IMG/VR virus record: IMGVR_UViG_3300010358_000015
Location: 1 to 24,260 of that record
Source of the DNA: a virus
Lineage: Duplodnaviria > Caudoviricetes
Reading direction: 5' to 3' (one strand)
DNA: 24,260 nt
In this document: piece by piece, positions 8,438 through 18,150 of the stretch
Layout of the letters: every line of letters begins with the position of its first letter
How positions within the stretch are numbered: position 1 is the stretch's first letter
Made by a program: the position numbers and the translations under genes
Notes under the pieces: model-generated
Databases searched by the model: none
The model's input: the letters and a program-made list of their open reading frames with translations, nothing else
Told to the model about the DNA's origin: nothing

Positions 8438-9321
8438 TGAGCGTGACAGGATTTCCGTGGATCGAAAACCTGCGGGTCATCACCGACGCGGTAACGCAGC
8501 GGTTCGTCAACTGCACCGCGAAGCAGATCGAAGCGGGATACGCATGGCGATCCGGCGTTGTTGATGCGGTGGGTTCGGATGGCGGCATCGACACGGTTCC
8601 GGGGCGCAACTTCCTCAAGGCGCGGCAGATATCGGTGACGCTCGTCAAGGTGTATGGGGCAAACGAGACATTCAAGACCGCGACACGCGATATGGAAATG
8701 GTGCTCAATCCGGGCAATCCGCTCACCCTGACATTTGTCGAGGATGACGGTCGGACATGGTTCTGGGACGTGCGGGTGCTGTCCTACGACAAGGTGCATT
8801 CCCTGACGTGGGTCGGCTATATGGAGTTTCCGATCACCTTCGTTGCGGTCGATCCGCGGCAACGCGCGCAGTTCAAACCGGGAATCTATCTGCTCGATGA
8901 CGGGCATTTTCTCGATGACGGCTGGACGCTTGATATCGACCCGGACGCCTATTCGCTGAGCGGAACGACGAACGACCACACGATCACGAATGACGGTACG
9001 GCATCGGATGAAGCACCGATTGTTTCATTGCAGGGACCGATTACGGGTCCGATCACCGGAACCTATCGCTATACCAACGGCCCGAACATTTCGTGGAGTT
9101 ATGGCCTTAGCATCGCCTCCGGTGAAACGGTGACGATTGACGCATCACAACCCGAGGTGGTGAGTTCCAACCCGTCAGTGGATGCCTATCACGCCTTCAC
9201 CCCGCCGACGGCGACACGCGGCTGGGGCTTCATCGATGTCGGAACGACGCATTTTGTGCTGACGTATCAATCGGCGGTCAATCCGGCATCGTGTTCGATA
9301 TCATGGTCACCGAGAAAGTAG
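8437..9321 (+). CDS. Distal tail protein (Dit)
   Basis: Directly follows the TMP (TGATG overlap). Motifs RQISV, ITFVAVDP, ITNDGTASD.APIV.LQGP and GETVTID are typical of siphovirus Dit proteins. Confidence 0.85.
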   Translation: MSVTGFPWIENLRVITDAVTQRFVNCTAKQIEAGYAWRSGVVDAVGSDGGIDTVPGRNFLKARQISVTLVKVYGANETFKTATRDMEMVLNPGNPLTLTFVEDDGRTWFWDVRVLSYDKVHSLTWVGYMEFPITFVAVDPRQRAQFKPGIYLLDDGHFLDDGWTLDIDPDAYSLSGTTNDHTITNDGTASDEAPIVSLQGPITGPITGTYRYTNGPNISWSYGLSIASGETVTIDASQPEVVSSNPSVDAYHAFTPPTATRGWGFIDVGTTHFVLTYQSAVNPASCSISWSPRK

Positions 9322-9330
9322 GGGGTTCGC

Positions 9331-12300
9331 ATGGCAGGTTCCATCAACGTACCAACCATCCCGACTGTGCCAAAGCAACCTGCTGCTGCGGCGACGTTCA
9401 ACGCTGCCTACAACTACATCTCCACCCATGTATCGAATCACTATCAGGGATTGGAAGCGCGCCATCTCGCGGGCGAGATGGATACGGCGACAACGGACGA
9501 CCACGCAACGACCGTGCCACTCAACGTCAGTCCGACTGATCAGCACACGCGCAATCTTCAGTTCCTTACGTCGATTGGTCAGATGATCGACCCGACGGTG
9601 AGCAACATCGACGCGTTCCAGAAACTGAGTCAGATTGTGGGAGCGGGTATCAATCTGAAAGGTGTTGGCACGATTGTTGCCAACCGCTCCACCGCATCTA
9701 CCGCCAACTATCTCGTTCAGCGCGGTGCATCTGCGGAAGCGGCGTTCGGATTCATCACCGCGTTCGGTTTCGGCACGCAAAATGTCACCGAAATCAAGGC
9801 CCGTCCGGTGACGGGACAAACGGTCCCGGTCGTCGTGGTCGAGAATCAGGCCGGGACACAGACAAAATGGAATGTTGACGGTGCGGGCGCAACCTTTCAG
9901 GCGGGAAACGCGACGATTCAGGGCGTCATCAATGCGGGGTCAGGTGCAATCGCGATTACTCTTGCGACGGGATATCTTGACGCATCCAAGATCAGCGGTG
10001 TCGTCCCTGCCGCGAATCAGCCCGCCTACACCGGAGATGTGACGATTCCTGTCGGATCGACCGTCACGACCGTCGCCCTCGTCGGCGGTAAGGCGGCAAC
10101 GAATGTCGCGGCGGCGACGACGGCGGTTGAAGCACGGAAATCGGACGGCACGCCGAGCGTGATCGCGCAATACAACGCATCGGGCGGCATGACCTTTACC
10201 GGACCTGTGGTCGGGACGACCTTCTCCGGGGCGTTCACTGGATCGTTGACCGGAAACATTTCTGGAAATGCAGCGACCGCGACAAATGTGGCGGCGACGG
10301 GAATCACCGGAACGGTGATGGCATCGCAGATCGATGTAGCGATAGCGCGCGATGTTGATGTGCCGTCAAACAACGGAACGGGTGCGACCGGGACGTGGCC
10401 CATCGGTATTTCCGGCAATGCAGCGACGGCGACGGTTGCGAGTGGCGTCGTGACGAGCGGCGTGACGAACGCGATGCTGGCGGGTTCGATTGACGCGCAC
10501 GCGAAGTTGCTGCCGTATTCGGTCGATCAGTCGTTGTTGGGGGAAGGCGCGGTACAGGCGCAAACATCGCCCGACATGACGGTCAAGATCAACGCGCTCA
10601 CGAAATACAACACGACGGGTCAGTATTTCAACTATCCCGGCACCGCCTCGTTCTCACTGATCACACCAACGGATTATCGTCCGGCATCATCGGGTCAGTT
10701 CCGTCATGCATTGCTGGCAATCAATGGTTCGGGGGTGGCATATATCAATCCGGGGCCGTCCACGAGCAGTCTCGCCACGGCGGGCATTCCCAATGCCGAT
10801 CCGAACACAACGCCGCTGGCAATCATCAGTCTTTCCTATGGGCAAACCGCGATCCAGCCGGGAGATATTCTGCAAGCACGCGAACTTGTAGGTGATTTCA
10901 CCGGGGGCGGTGCGGGCCAATCAGGGTCGATTCCCGGTCACATCCACGGTCGCGATCCAGAAGTCCGCATTCAGGCAATCGGAATGGACGAGGGGTTCGT
11001 CAGCCAGACCGGGACAACGCCATCGAAGAGCGTCATCATCTATCCGGTGCATTACCGGAACACTTCAGGCAATATTGTCCAGAATGCACAGCAAACCTTC
11101 ACCCCGCCGTGGACGCAACCGACCCAGTACGAGCGAATCGACGGCATTTACCTCAATCCGGCGAATGGACAATACGGTTTCGTTGGCGGTCCAGCGAATG
11201 ACCCGACCATTCCGTATCCGGCTATCAGCGGAAACTATATTCCGCTTGCCTATCTCCATGTGAAGGTAAACTCGAATGCCTTCTATTCAGCGCCACAATC
11301 GATTGAGGCATGGATCGAAGATGCGCGTGCATGGTTGCGATCCGGTGGTGTCCAGAACGTTCCGGTTATTGTCAGTGATGGTGGGACAGGAACGACGCAG
11401 TTTACGCAGGGTTTCGTGTACTCAACGGGAGCCAGCAATGGCACCGCACCACTGACTACGCAACCCGCAACTTCCAGTTCGACACAGGGCCTCGGATTTG
11501 CCCCAGTCCTAACAGGGGTGAGTGGTGGGTCAACCGTCGAGATGCTGGGCGTGGGTGGCGGCACATTATCGGCTGGCACTACATCTCTCGCCCGTCTGAT
11601 TGGTACTCACGCCATTCTGCCCGCGATCACGGCAGGAACAATCACGGATGTGGTTGCGCTGCAGGCTGAGTTGCCGACAGTTGGCACAAACCGTATCGCG
11701 GCGATTCTTGGCGGTCCTGTCCGCATCGGTAATACGACTGTACCTGCCGCCGGGAACATGCTCGATGTCGCCGGGACGGTACATGCGACGGGTGCGACTG
11801 CGCTTGATGGGAATGTCACGATTCTCGGGAAACTTGGCATCGGCGGCGCGGCGGGGGCGAATACGTCATTGCAAGTGACTGCCGCGAGCGTGGTCACTGC
11901 GACCACGCCCGTCGGCGCGGCGTTCCAGTCAACACTGGCGAACACGCAGGCGAGCGGTGTGGCGTATGGAGTGTTCGCCAGCCCGACCATTGACACGTCA
12001 CAGGCAACGATGGCATGGGCCGCAGCCGTTGTCACCGGGATGGCGAAGGGTGCCGGGTCCAATCCGATTCCCATTGCCTATGGTGTCTACTCCCCCCAAC
12101 CGACGGTTGGGACGAACAATGTCGCCATTTATGGCGGCGGCACGATCCAGGCGGATAGCGCAACCGCTGCGGGTGCAAACATCTATGGGAGCAGTAACGC
12201 CCCGTCAATGGGTCTGGGCAATAATGCCCTCTACGGAAGCCGGACAACCGGACTGCGCTTCTCGCTTGCCACGGCAGCGGGCCAGTTCAACGGATCGTCG

Positions 12301-12927
12301 GGGGTAGGAGACTCATTCATTACTGCGGAAAATGGACGATTGCTGCTCTCGGCAAACGCCAGTGTTGCGACGGTGAGCGGCATGACGCAGTTGGTGCTAC
12401 AGAACAACGGCAGTGTCAGTATCGGTGGTGTGAATAACTTCCCGACGCTGCCAGCGGCGATGTATGACATGGCGATCTATCGTCCTGATGTGCATCAGTT
12501 CTATTACTTCAATGGCTCTGCGTTTGCACCGATTGGCGTGGAAACCGCAGGCATGTATACCGTCGCACCCGTGGTGAACTTCGGGCCTCAGGGATCGCTC
12601 GTTGATCTGCCATCTGGTTCCTTCGTTGTCAACTCAATGACTGGCCCCGCCTGCTATTTCGAGGTTGAGGGCTGGGTGCGATTCGATCAACCCAGTCCCG
12701 CGCCGGGGACCATCGCCCTTGATGTGCGCATTGATGCGCAACCAGTGATGGGGAACCTTTATCCCACCGGATCATGTGAACGATTCGGGGCTTTCTGCAC
12801 ACTGCCCTTCGCGGGTCGTATTGCCGTCAGTGGTGGCGCGCATACTGTTCACATCATGGGGCAGACGATTGAAGGCAATGTCGTTCGCATCACCTACATC
12901 CTCTGCAAATGGCGGTTCACGAAGTGA
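9331..12927 (+). CDS. Long tail fibre / receptor-binding protein (1198 aa)
   Basis: Gly/Ala/Thr-rich, with fibre motifs ISGNAATAT (x2), YTGDVT, VSDGGTG and LDVAGTVHATG. Two internal globular domains and a beta-rich C-terminal domain. Confidence 0.85.
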   Translation: MAGSINVPTIPTVPKQPAAAATFNAAYNYISTHVSNHYQGLEARHLAGEMDTATTDDHATTVPLNVSPTDQHTRNLQFLTSIGQMIDPTVSNIDAFQKLSQIVGAGINLKGVGTIVANRSTASTANYLVQRGASAEAAFGFITAFGFGTQNVTEIKARPVTGQTVPVVVVENQAGTQTKWNVDGAGATFQAGNATIQGVINAGSGAIAITLATGYLDASKISGVVPAANQPAYTGDVTIPVGSTVTTVALVGGKAATNVAAATTAVEARKSDGTPSVIAQYNASGGMTFTGPVVGTTFSGAFTGSLTGNISGNAATATNVAATGITGTVMASQIDVAIARDVDVPSNNGTGATGTWPIGISGNAATATVASGVVTSGVTNAMLAGSIDAHAKLLPYSVDQSLLGEGAVQAQTSPDMTVKINALTKYNTTGQYFNYPGTASFSLITPTDYRPASSGQFRHALLAINGSGVAYINPGPSTSSLATAGIPNADPNTTPLAIISLSYGQTAIQPGDILQARELVGDFTGGGAGQSGSIPGHIHGRDPEVRIQAIGMDEGFVSQTGTTPSKSVIIYPVHYRNTSGNIVQNAQQTFTPPWTQPTQYERIDGIYLNPANGQYGFVGGPANDPTIPYPAISGNYIPLAYLHVKVNSNAFYSAPQSIEAWIEDARAWLRSGGVQNVPVIVSDGGTGTTQFTQGFVYSTGASNGTAPLTTQPATSSSTQGLGFAPVLTGVSGGSTVEMLGVGGGTLSAGTTSLARLIGTHAILPAITAGTITDVVALQAELPTVGTNRIAAILGGPVRIGNTTVPAAGNMLDVAGTVHATGATALDGNVTILGKLGIGGAAGANTSLQVTAASVVTATTPVGAAFQSTLANTQASGVAYGVFASPTIDTSQATMAWAAAVVTGMAKGAGSNPIPIAYGVYSPQPTVGTNNVAIYGGGTIQADSATAAGANIYGSSNAPSMGLGNNALYGSRTTGLRFSLATAAGQFNGSSGVGDSFITAENGRLLLSANASVATVSGMTQLVLQNNGSVSIGGVNNFPTLPAAMYDMAIYRPDVHQFYYFNGSAFAPIGVETAGMYTVAPVVNFGPQGSLVDLPSGSFVVNSMTGPACYFEVEGWVRFDQPSPAPGTIALDVRIDAQPVMGNLYPTGSCERFGAFCTLPFAGRIAVSGGAHTVHIMGQTIEGNVVRITYILCKWRFTK

Positions 12928-12958
12928 TCATCCTTCATCAAACGAAAGGACAGGGCAC

Positions 12959-13303
12959 ATGAGCACACCTCCGGCAAACCTTCCCTTTGGCCCCGGCTAT
13001 GATGAGACCAGTGCCACGAACTATGCGACCGAACTGGCACGACGATGTGATGAACTGAATGCCGCCGCCGACTACATCGTTTCGACGTACAGCCTCTACA
13101 CGGCGGATGATATCGCACGGTACTGGGCATCAGTTCAGAATCCGCCGAGCGACACGCCGACCGCAGAGCAACTCGATAAAGCGAACCAGTTCAAGGCGTG
13201 GACGGCGACGGTCAAGTCGATGATGGACACGGCGATGGCGGGCGACGTCGGCTATCAGATCATCCGCTGGCGCAATGCTGGCCCCTACCCGCAACTGCGA
13301 TGA
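12959..13303 (+). CDS. Hypothetical helical protein (114 aa), possible fibre-associated protein or chaperone
   Basis: AAAGGA RBS before ATG 12959 (the track's start at 12776 overlaps the fibre gene). ATGA-coupled to the next gene. Function inferred from position only. Confidence 0.7.
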   Translation: MSTPPANLPFGPGYDETSATNYATELARRCDELNAAADYIVSTYSLYTADDIARYWASVQNPPSDTPTAEQLDKANQFKAWTATVKSMMDTAMAGDVGYQIIRWRNAGPYPQLR

Positions 13304-13953
13304 CGCGCCTTGTGAGTTCCGGCATCGCGCTCGGCAGTGACGCCGCGTGGTATCTCACCGTGCCCGTCACCTGTCCGAAGTGTGGGACGATCTTCTATCT
13401 CACGCCGGAGGACTTCCAGACAGCGGCGGGTCCGTTCGGCAGTTCTGATACCATCTGGCACTGGTGGCGGCAGTTACAGGAGGGCGATCCGACGACTGCA
13501 TTACTCGATCTGAGCAACTACCATCTCGATCCGGCTCAGGTGAGCGGTCCCTGTCCCAACTGCAACTACCAGATCGCTGTGCAAGGGCCGCGTTACGGGA
13601 CGACCAAGATTCAGGACATTACCACCGATCCGGACGAGGGCGATATCCCGAACTACATCGCCCTCGGTGCTACGTCGATGGCGTGGTACGCGCTTGATGA
13701 ACACGGTCACGCAGCGACGGATGTGGTCGGTCTGTTCATCGCCTTCGATGGTACGGTCATCAATGAGACTCAGGACGTGAACGGCACGTCGGAATCGGCC
13801 CCCGGTGTGGCGCGCGATCTGATGACGAACGAAATCAACACGAACTACGTGATGGTGTTCGTTGTCCCGAACCATCGCACAACAACCGATGATGCACGGC
13901 GGTTGGATAACGACCTAGTGGATATGGTCGCGCGCATGGGTCTGGAGGTGTGA
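13300..13953 (+). CDS. Hypothetical protein with a split CxxC...CxxC zinc-ribbon-like motif (217 aa)
   Basis: ATGA overlap at 13300. CPKC at 13372-13383 and CPNC at 13552-13563. Confidence 0.75.
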   Translation: MTRLVSSGIALGSDAAWYLTVPVTCPKCGTIFYLTPEDFQTAAGPFGSSDTIWHWWRQLQEGDPTTALLDLSNYHLDPAQVSGPCPNCNYQIAVQGPRYGTTKIQDITTDPDEGDIPNYIALGATSMAWYALDEHGHAATDVVGLFIAFDGTVINETQDVNGTSESAPGVARDLMTNEINTNYVMVFVVPNHRTTTDDARRLDNDLVDMVARMGLEV

Positions 13954-15003
13954 ATGAGTGCGGGGTTGCCCTTCGCAAATACGCAGCAGTTCACAACGAC
14001 CGTATCCGGTCGCACGATTACGCCCACCTCTCCGCTCATCATCAATGATGGTCGGCAACGCTTGCCCGCTGCGAATGGGTCGGTCACACTCACCGCTACG
14101 AATGATGTTACCTGGTTCGACCTTTACGCCGCTCAGTCGGTAAACAACACGTATACGTTGTTAGCTGTAGCGCAAGGCACTGATATGACTGGTCGGCGGG
14201 ATATCATCCCGATAGGGAAGGCAATCGACTATCCAACAAAAAATGGGTGTACCTGGTTGCCGCTTCCGGGTGGCGGGATGGATGCCTACATTGGGACGGA
14301 TCAGTACGGCGTCCATGTGCGGCCCTTCGCCAGTGGCGTCTTCAACTTTCCTTATTCATCGCTGATCATCGACCAGGCTCCCGGCGCAACAACACCCGCC
14401 GTTCTCTATTTTTATACGAATCTTAGCGCGGGGGTGATAGCCAACACTGTGCCGGGGTACTCACAACCCGGCGTGACACCGGACCTTTTCCTTACTTCGT
14501 CGGGCGGCCTTGTCATGCAGGGCCAGAGGACGGTGCAACTTCTCGGCAGCGCCGCGATGTATATCAACTACACCACCTCTTTGGAGATCGGCCCATTTGG
14601 GTCGAACCGCCAGCGATACGTATGGGACGCACACGGCAGAATGCGCTACGTACAGACACCCGCCCCTGGGATCGCGGCGGGATCGGGTGCAGGTGCATCA
14701 CCAACGGTCTTTCTCACAGGAACAGATGAAGTCGGACGGATCACGGTCACAACGGGCGCATCAGGGACGGCGGGCAGCCATGCGACGGTTGCGACGGTGA
14801 CCTTCGCATGGGCATATGATAACCCGCCGTATGGTGTGGCTCTCGCTCCGGGGAACACCAACACTGAAGACCTTGCCTCAAACGCCGTTTGTGCCGCGCC
14901 TGTCTCTAACGTCAGGGTAAACGGTTTCGATATCATCAGCGGGCAAGCGAGTCTTGCTACCAACACGCAGTATATGTGGGTATATCGGGTCTTTCCGCAG
15001 TGA
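13954..15003 (+). CDS. Second, shorter tail fibre / minor tail protein (349 aa)
   Basis: GGAGGT RBS. The C-terminal domain AAGSGAGASPTV..TGTDEVGRITVTTG...VATVTFA.AY...P.V.L.P.N...GF.I...QY.W.Y resembles fibre tip domains. Confidence 0.75.
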   Translation: MSAGLPFANTQQFTTTVSGRTITPTSPLIINDGRQRLPAANGSVTLTATNDVTWFDLYAAQSVNNTYTLLAVAQGTDMTGRRDIIPIGKAIDYPTKNGCTWLPLPGGGMDAYIGTDQYGVHVRPFASGVFNFPYSSLIIDQAPGATTPAVLYFYTNLSAGVIANTVPGYSQPGVTPDLFLTSSGGLVMQGQRTVQLLGSAAMYINYTTSLEIGPFGSNRQRYVWDAHGRMRYVQTPAPGIAAGSGAGASPTVFLTGTDEVGRITVTTGASGTAGSHATVATVTFAWAYDNPPYGVALAPGNTNTEDLASNAVCAAPVSNVRVNGFDIISGQASLATNTQYMWVYRVFPQ

Positions 15004-15011
15004 GGTGAGGA

Positions 15012-17459
15012 TTGGCAGTCGTTCTCGACATCTATGACCCGTACAATAACGCGGTCAAAACGATCAACGGGCAGAGCGTGACGGGGCCACTCAAAGGCTA
15101 CCGCAATCTCCGCTATGTTCCGCGCGGCGCAATCATCAACCAGGCAGGAACGTGCTCCTTTGAACTACCGATGTCGCTGCGCAATAACGCTCCCATCGGC
15201 CCGCGCACGATGGTTCGCGTCACCGACACGGAACTCGGTTTGCAAGGCACATACATGGTCGGGGAACGAAGCGAAACGCCCGCCGATGACGCGCGGTACG
15301 CATCTTTCACCTGTCTCGATCAGGTCAATGAACTGACGCTCGATACCGTGCCGGGATTATCCGCCTTTTCTGATTCAAACGAACCGACGGCAGGAACCCT
15401 GAACCGGATTTTGCGCGTGCCTTTTCAAACGCCTTATTCCTCCACGATGGTCAATGGCACTGACTATTACGCGGGCATCGATTTCCTCGCGGACAATGTG
15501 ACGGTTCAGGCGGCATTCTCGAAGTTGCTGGGTGATCGCGGATTCGGCTGGCGCAGGGGAGATGGGCGAATCATCGAATATGGCACTTTCAAACGACCGA
15601 CCGGGATTCGTCTGGTACAGGCATCTGGTCGGCCCGCAGCGATGAATCGAGCGAATATCCGCCCGATTCCCGTCAATGGATTGCGGACGGTGCTCGATCC
15701 AACCGCCATCTACAACTGCATCCCAATCACCGGAGCGGGAAGTGGGCCATATCAGCATTCGCTGCAACCGCTCTATGTCATCAACGGCGAAACAGCGGTG
15801 TCGGGAACGAACTGGTATCGCACAGGGCCGTGGCCGATTCCTCCGCCCGCCGGACAACCGTGGTTTCCGGGTTACGACAACAACTATCCGATCCATCGCC
15901 GGATCACCTATAACGGGCGCGGATCGGACGGATACGAATATTTCCTCGTTGACTGGAACAGCGTCAATCGCTATCGCCCATCGTTCTACCCGCTCAATCG
16001 CTCCGATGTAGGATCGACTGACAACACGTCAGATGACCTGACCGATACGGCACAGGCCCTGTACATCATTGCATGGGCAACCTTGCAGTTGAGCGCGAAG
16101 GTGAACACGGCGATATCGGTGACGACGGTCGGGCGCGGGAACAACGTCGGCATCGGTGGTGATATCGTAACGGTCGAATGGCAATCGTTCGGGGAAGATG
16201 GTCAGTTGGTCCCGTCATCATCATTTGACCGCGCCCCGTTCGTCGTTCTGGGCGTCGAGTGTGCGATTGATGATTCGTCGGGAGCGCGCACCGATACGTG
16301 GTCGTTGTCGGATATCGGACGTGCGCCGCAGAGTGATATCGCGACGGAAACGGGAATGCTGGAGAGTATCCAGCAGATGAAAAACGCGGTGAGCATCTAT
16401 CCGGTGGAGAAGGATATTCACCGCGACGAGCCGATCACACCCGCTTCTCCGGTGAGCGTGACGATCAGCATGAATCAGCGGTATCAGAAGGTGCAGGTGT
16501 CGCGCTGGAATATCCAGCTAACCTCGATTTATTCGACCGTGACGGGCGGTAACGTTGCGGAGCATTCCCACGGTTACACGATTCCGAATCTGTCCATCGA
16601 TGCCAGCACTCCGGTTGCAAGTGAGCAACAATACAACCCGATCAATCAGGGGTTGCATAGCCATGTGGAGAATATTTCCGCGAACCGCACGCCCACCAAC
16701 TTTACGGACGCGATTACAGCGGGTCGAAGTAGCGGAGTGACGAAAGGCGGCAGCGCGACGGGTGGTGGGAGCGTCTCTGATGCGAGTTCTGTCGGCAACG
16801 TCAGTAGTACGCTCGGCGGCCATCACCATTCAATCACGATTACGGCGGGTGGACCTCTCAGTAGCGTGGGACAGAAAGGCATCATTTTCTCAGACTCAAC
16901 CGGGGGAGCGTTTGGTGGTCTGTTTTTGCAGATGAACAGTTGGGGCGGGCAACTCTACACGAATCCGAGCGACGTGCCGAGCATCAATAGCGCGCACGGG
17001 CATGGGTCAAGTTTCAGTGTCAGTGATGGCATCAGGGTGGATGACACCCTCGGCGTGGCGCGCGGCGGCACGCTCACCGATAATCTTGGCGTTTCACGCG
17101 GGGGCACATTCAATGGCGTGAACGGTTTCCAGCCGGATACGTGGTATCCGGGCTATTCCAACCTGATTACGCGCACCTATACGGGACAGACCTCGGCAAC
17201 TGCGACCCCCGCATGGACGCCCGTTTATGGGAAGTTCAGCGCACCCTCCTCGCAGAAGCCAACTAATGTCCGTATCTGGATCGCGCAATCGGTGGTCGCG
17301 GGTCCATTCAACAGCGATCAGGTCGATATCGATCTGCGCTCCTATTTTCAGACTCGTTCTCCGGTCACACTCACCTTTACATCGGATACTGTTGGTCGGA
17401 TTATCATTGATGGTACGATTGAGGCAAGCAAAACGATTTACGCATCGAATGCGGTCTAG
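15012..17459 (+). CDS. Baseplate hub (Tal-like) fused to a central fibre/needle (815 aa)
   Basis: TTG start after GAGGTGAGGA. N-terminal hub-like motifs (INQAGTCSFELP, IYNCIPITGAG, GDIVTV). The C-terminal Gly/Ser-rich region has four His-doublet motifs. Confidence 0.75.
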   Translation: MAVVLDIYDPYNNAVKTINGQSVTGPLKGYRNLRYVPRGAIINQAGTCSFELPMSLRNNAPIGPRTMVRVTDTELGLQGTYMVGERSETPADDARYASFTCLDQVNELTLDTVPGLSAFSDSNEPTAGTLNRILRVPFQTPYSSTMVNGTDYYAGIDFLADNVTVQAAFSKLLGDRGFGWRRGDGRIIEYGTFKRPTGIRLVQASGRPAAMNRANIRPIPVNGLRTVLDPTAIYNCIPITGAGSGPYQHSLQPLYVINGETAVSGTNWYRTGPWPIPPPAGQPWFPGYDNNYPIHRRITYNGRGSDGYEYFLVDWNSVNRYRPSFYPLNRSDVGSTDNTSDDLTDTAQALYIIAWATLQLSAKVNTAISVTTVGRGNNVGIGGDIVTVEWQSFGEDGQLVPSSSFDRAPFVVLGVECAIDDSSGARTDTWSLSDIGRAPQSDIATETGMLESIQQMKNAVSIYPVEKDIHRDEPITPASPVSVTISMNQRYQKVQVSRWNIQLTSIYSTVTGGNVAEHSHGYTIPNLSIDASTPVASEQQYNPINQGLHSHVENISANRTPTNFTDAITAGRSSGVTKGGSATGGGSVSDASSVGNVSSTLGGHHHSITITAGGPLSSVGQKGIIFSDSTGGAFGGLFLQMNSWGGQLYTNPSDVPSINSAHGHGSSFSVSDGIRVDDTLGVARGGTLTDNLGVSRGGTFNGVNGFQPDTWYPGYSNLITRTYTGQTSATATPAWTPVYGKFSAPSSQKPTNVRIWIAQSVVAGPFNSDQVDIDLRSYFQTRSPVTLTFTSDTVGRIIIDGTIEASKTIYASNAV

Positions 17460-17468
17460 GAGGGCGTG

Positions 17469-17777
17469 ATGAATGGAAAGCGATCATTACGTCAGCGCGC
17501 CGAAGATGCGGGTATTTCTATCCCGATCAGGCGCGCGCCTGATTTCCGTAAAGGCCGTGGATTTGACCCGCTCGCGCCGTACGAGGATGGTCTGGGGCGC
17601 ATCATGATTACGCGCGTACCGATGGTGCATACGGAAACGGGCGAGTTGTTCACGGCGTATCATGTCGATTATTTCAACCTCTCCAACGCTGATGAGGCAG
17701 CGGACCTGTACCGGGAAGGGCAGATTGCCATCGATCAGTTAGTGCGCGACAATGGGAGGCCTGAACCCTATGACTAG
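17469..17777 (+). CDS. Hypothetical protein (102 aa)
   Basis: AGGAGG RBS at 17458-17463 and coupled within the late operon. Confidence 0.7.
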   Translation: MNGKRSLRQRAEDAGISIPIRRAPDFRKGRGFDPLAPYEDGLGRIMITRVPMVHTETGELFTAYHVDYFNLSNADEAADLYREGQIAIDQLVRDNGRPEPYD

Positions 17778-18150
17778 ACGTTCGCTGATTGATCGTGCGA
17801 CAGGTTCGCGCCACCTTCCCGCTCCTTTGCCGCCGATGCGCGCGACGGGATTGCAACACCTGCCCCCGGAAATGGCGAAATGGACGCCCCCGCTCACGAA
17901 GATGGCGCGTGCATTACGCAATACAGGCGTGATTCGCGAAGAGGGCGTCATCAGCGGCTTCGAAGATGGCGCAGGGCAGGGACAGACAACGATCAAACTG
18001 ACCTTTCCGGGGCTGGCGGAAGGGGTGGCCTCGGGGGGCGGGACGCTCTCGATTCCGTTCGATCTGGAGGCGGCGCGCTATCTGCCCCCGCGCACGCGCG
18101 TGCGACTGACCCTTGAGATTATTGGTGTGACGGAGGATGAAGATGGGTGA
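17770..18150 (+). CDS. Hypothetical protein (126 aa), C-terminal beta-rich domain
   Basis: GGGAGG RBS before ATG 17770, with an 8-nt overlap with the upstream gene. Confidence 0.7.
   Translation: MTRRSLIDRATGSRHLPAPLPPMRATGLQHLPPEMAKWTPPLTKMARALRNTGVIREEGVISGFEDGAGQGQTTIKLTFPGLAEGVASGGGTLSIPFDLEAARYLPPRTRVRLTLEIIGVTEDEDG

Noticed and set aside
12776-13299. Track start sites 12776 and 13198 (likewise 78, 1753, 17752 and 19790 elsewhere)
   Set aside because: Downstream starts have clear RBSs or stop/start coupling and avoid long overlaps.
9331-17459. Diversity-generating retroelement or invertible fibre cassette
   Set aside because: No reverse transcriptase or invertase, and no ~100-nt template/variable repeat pair with adenine-specific mismatches or inversion sites seen in the window.
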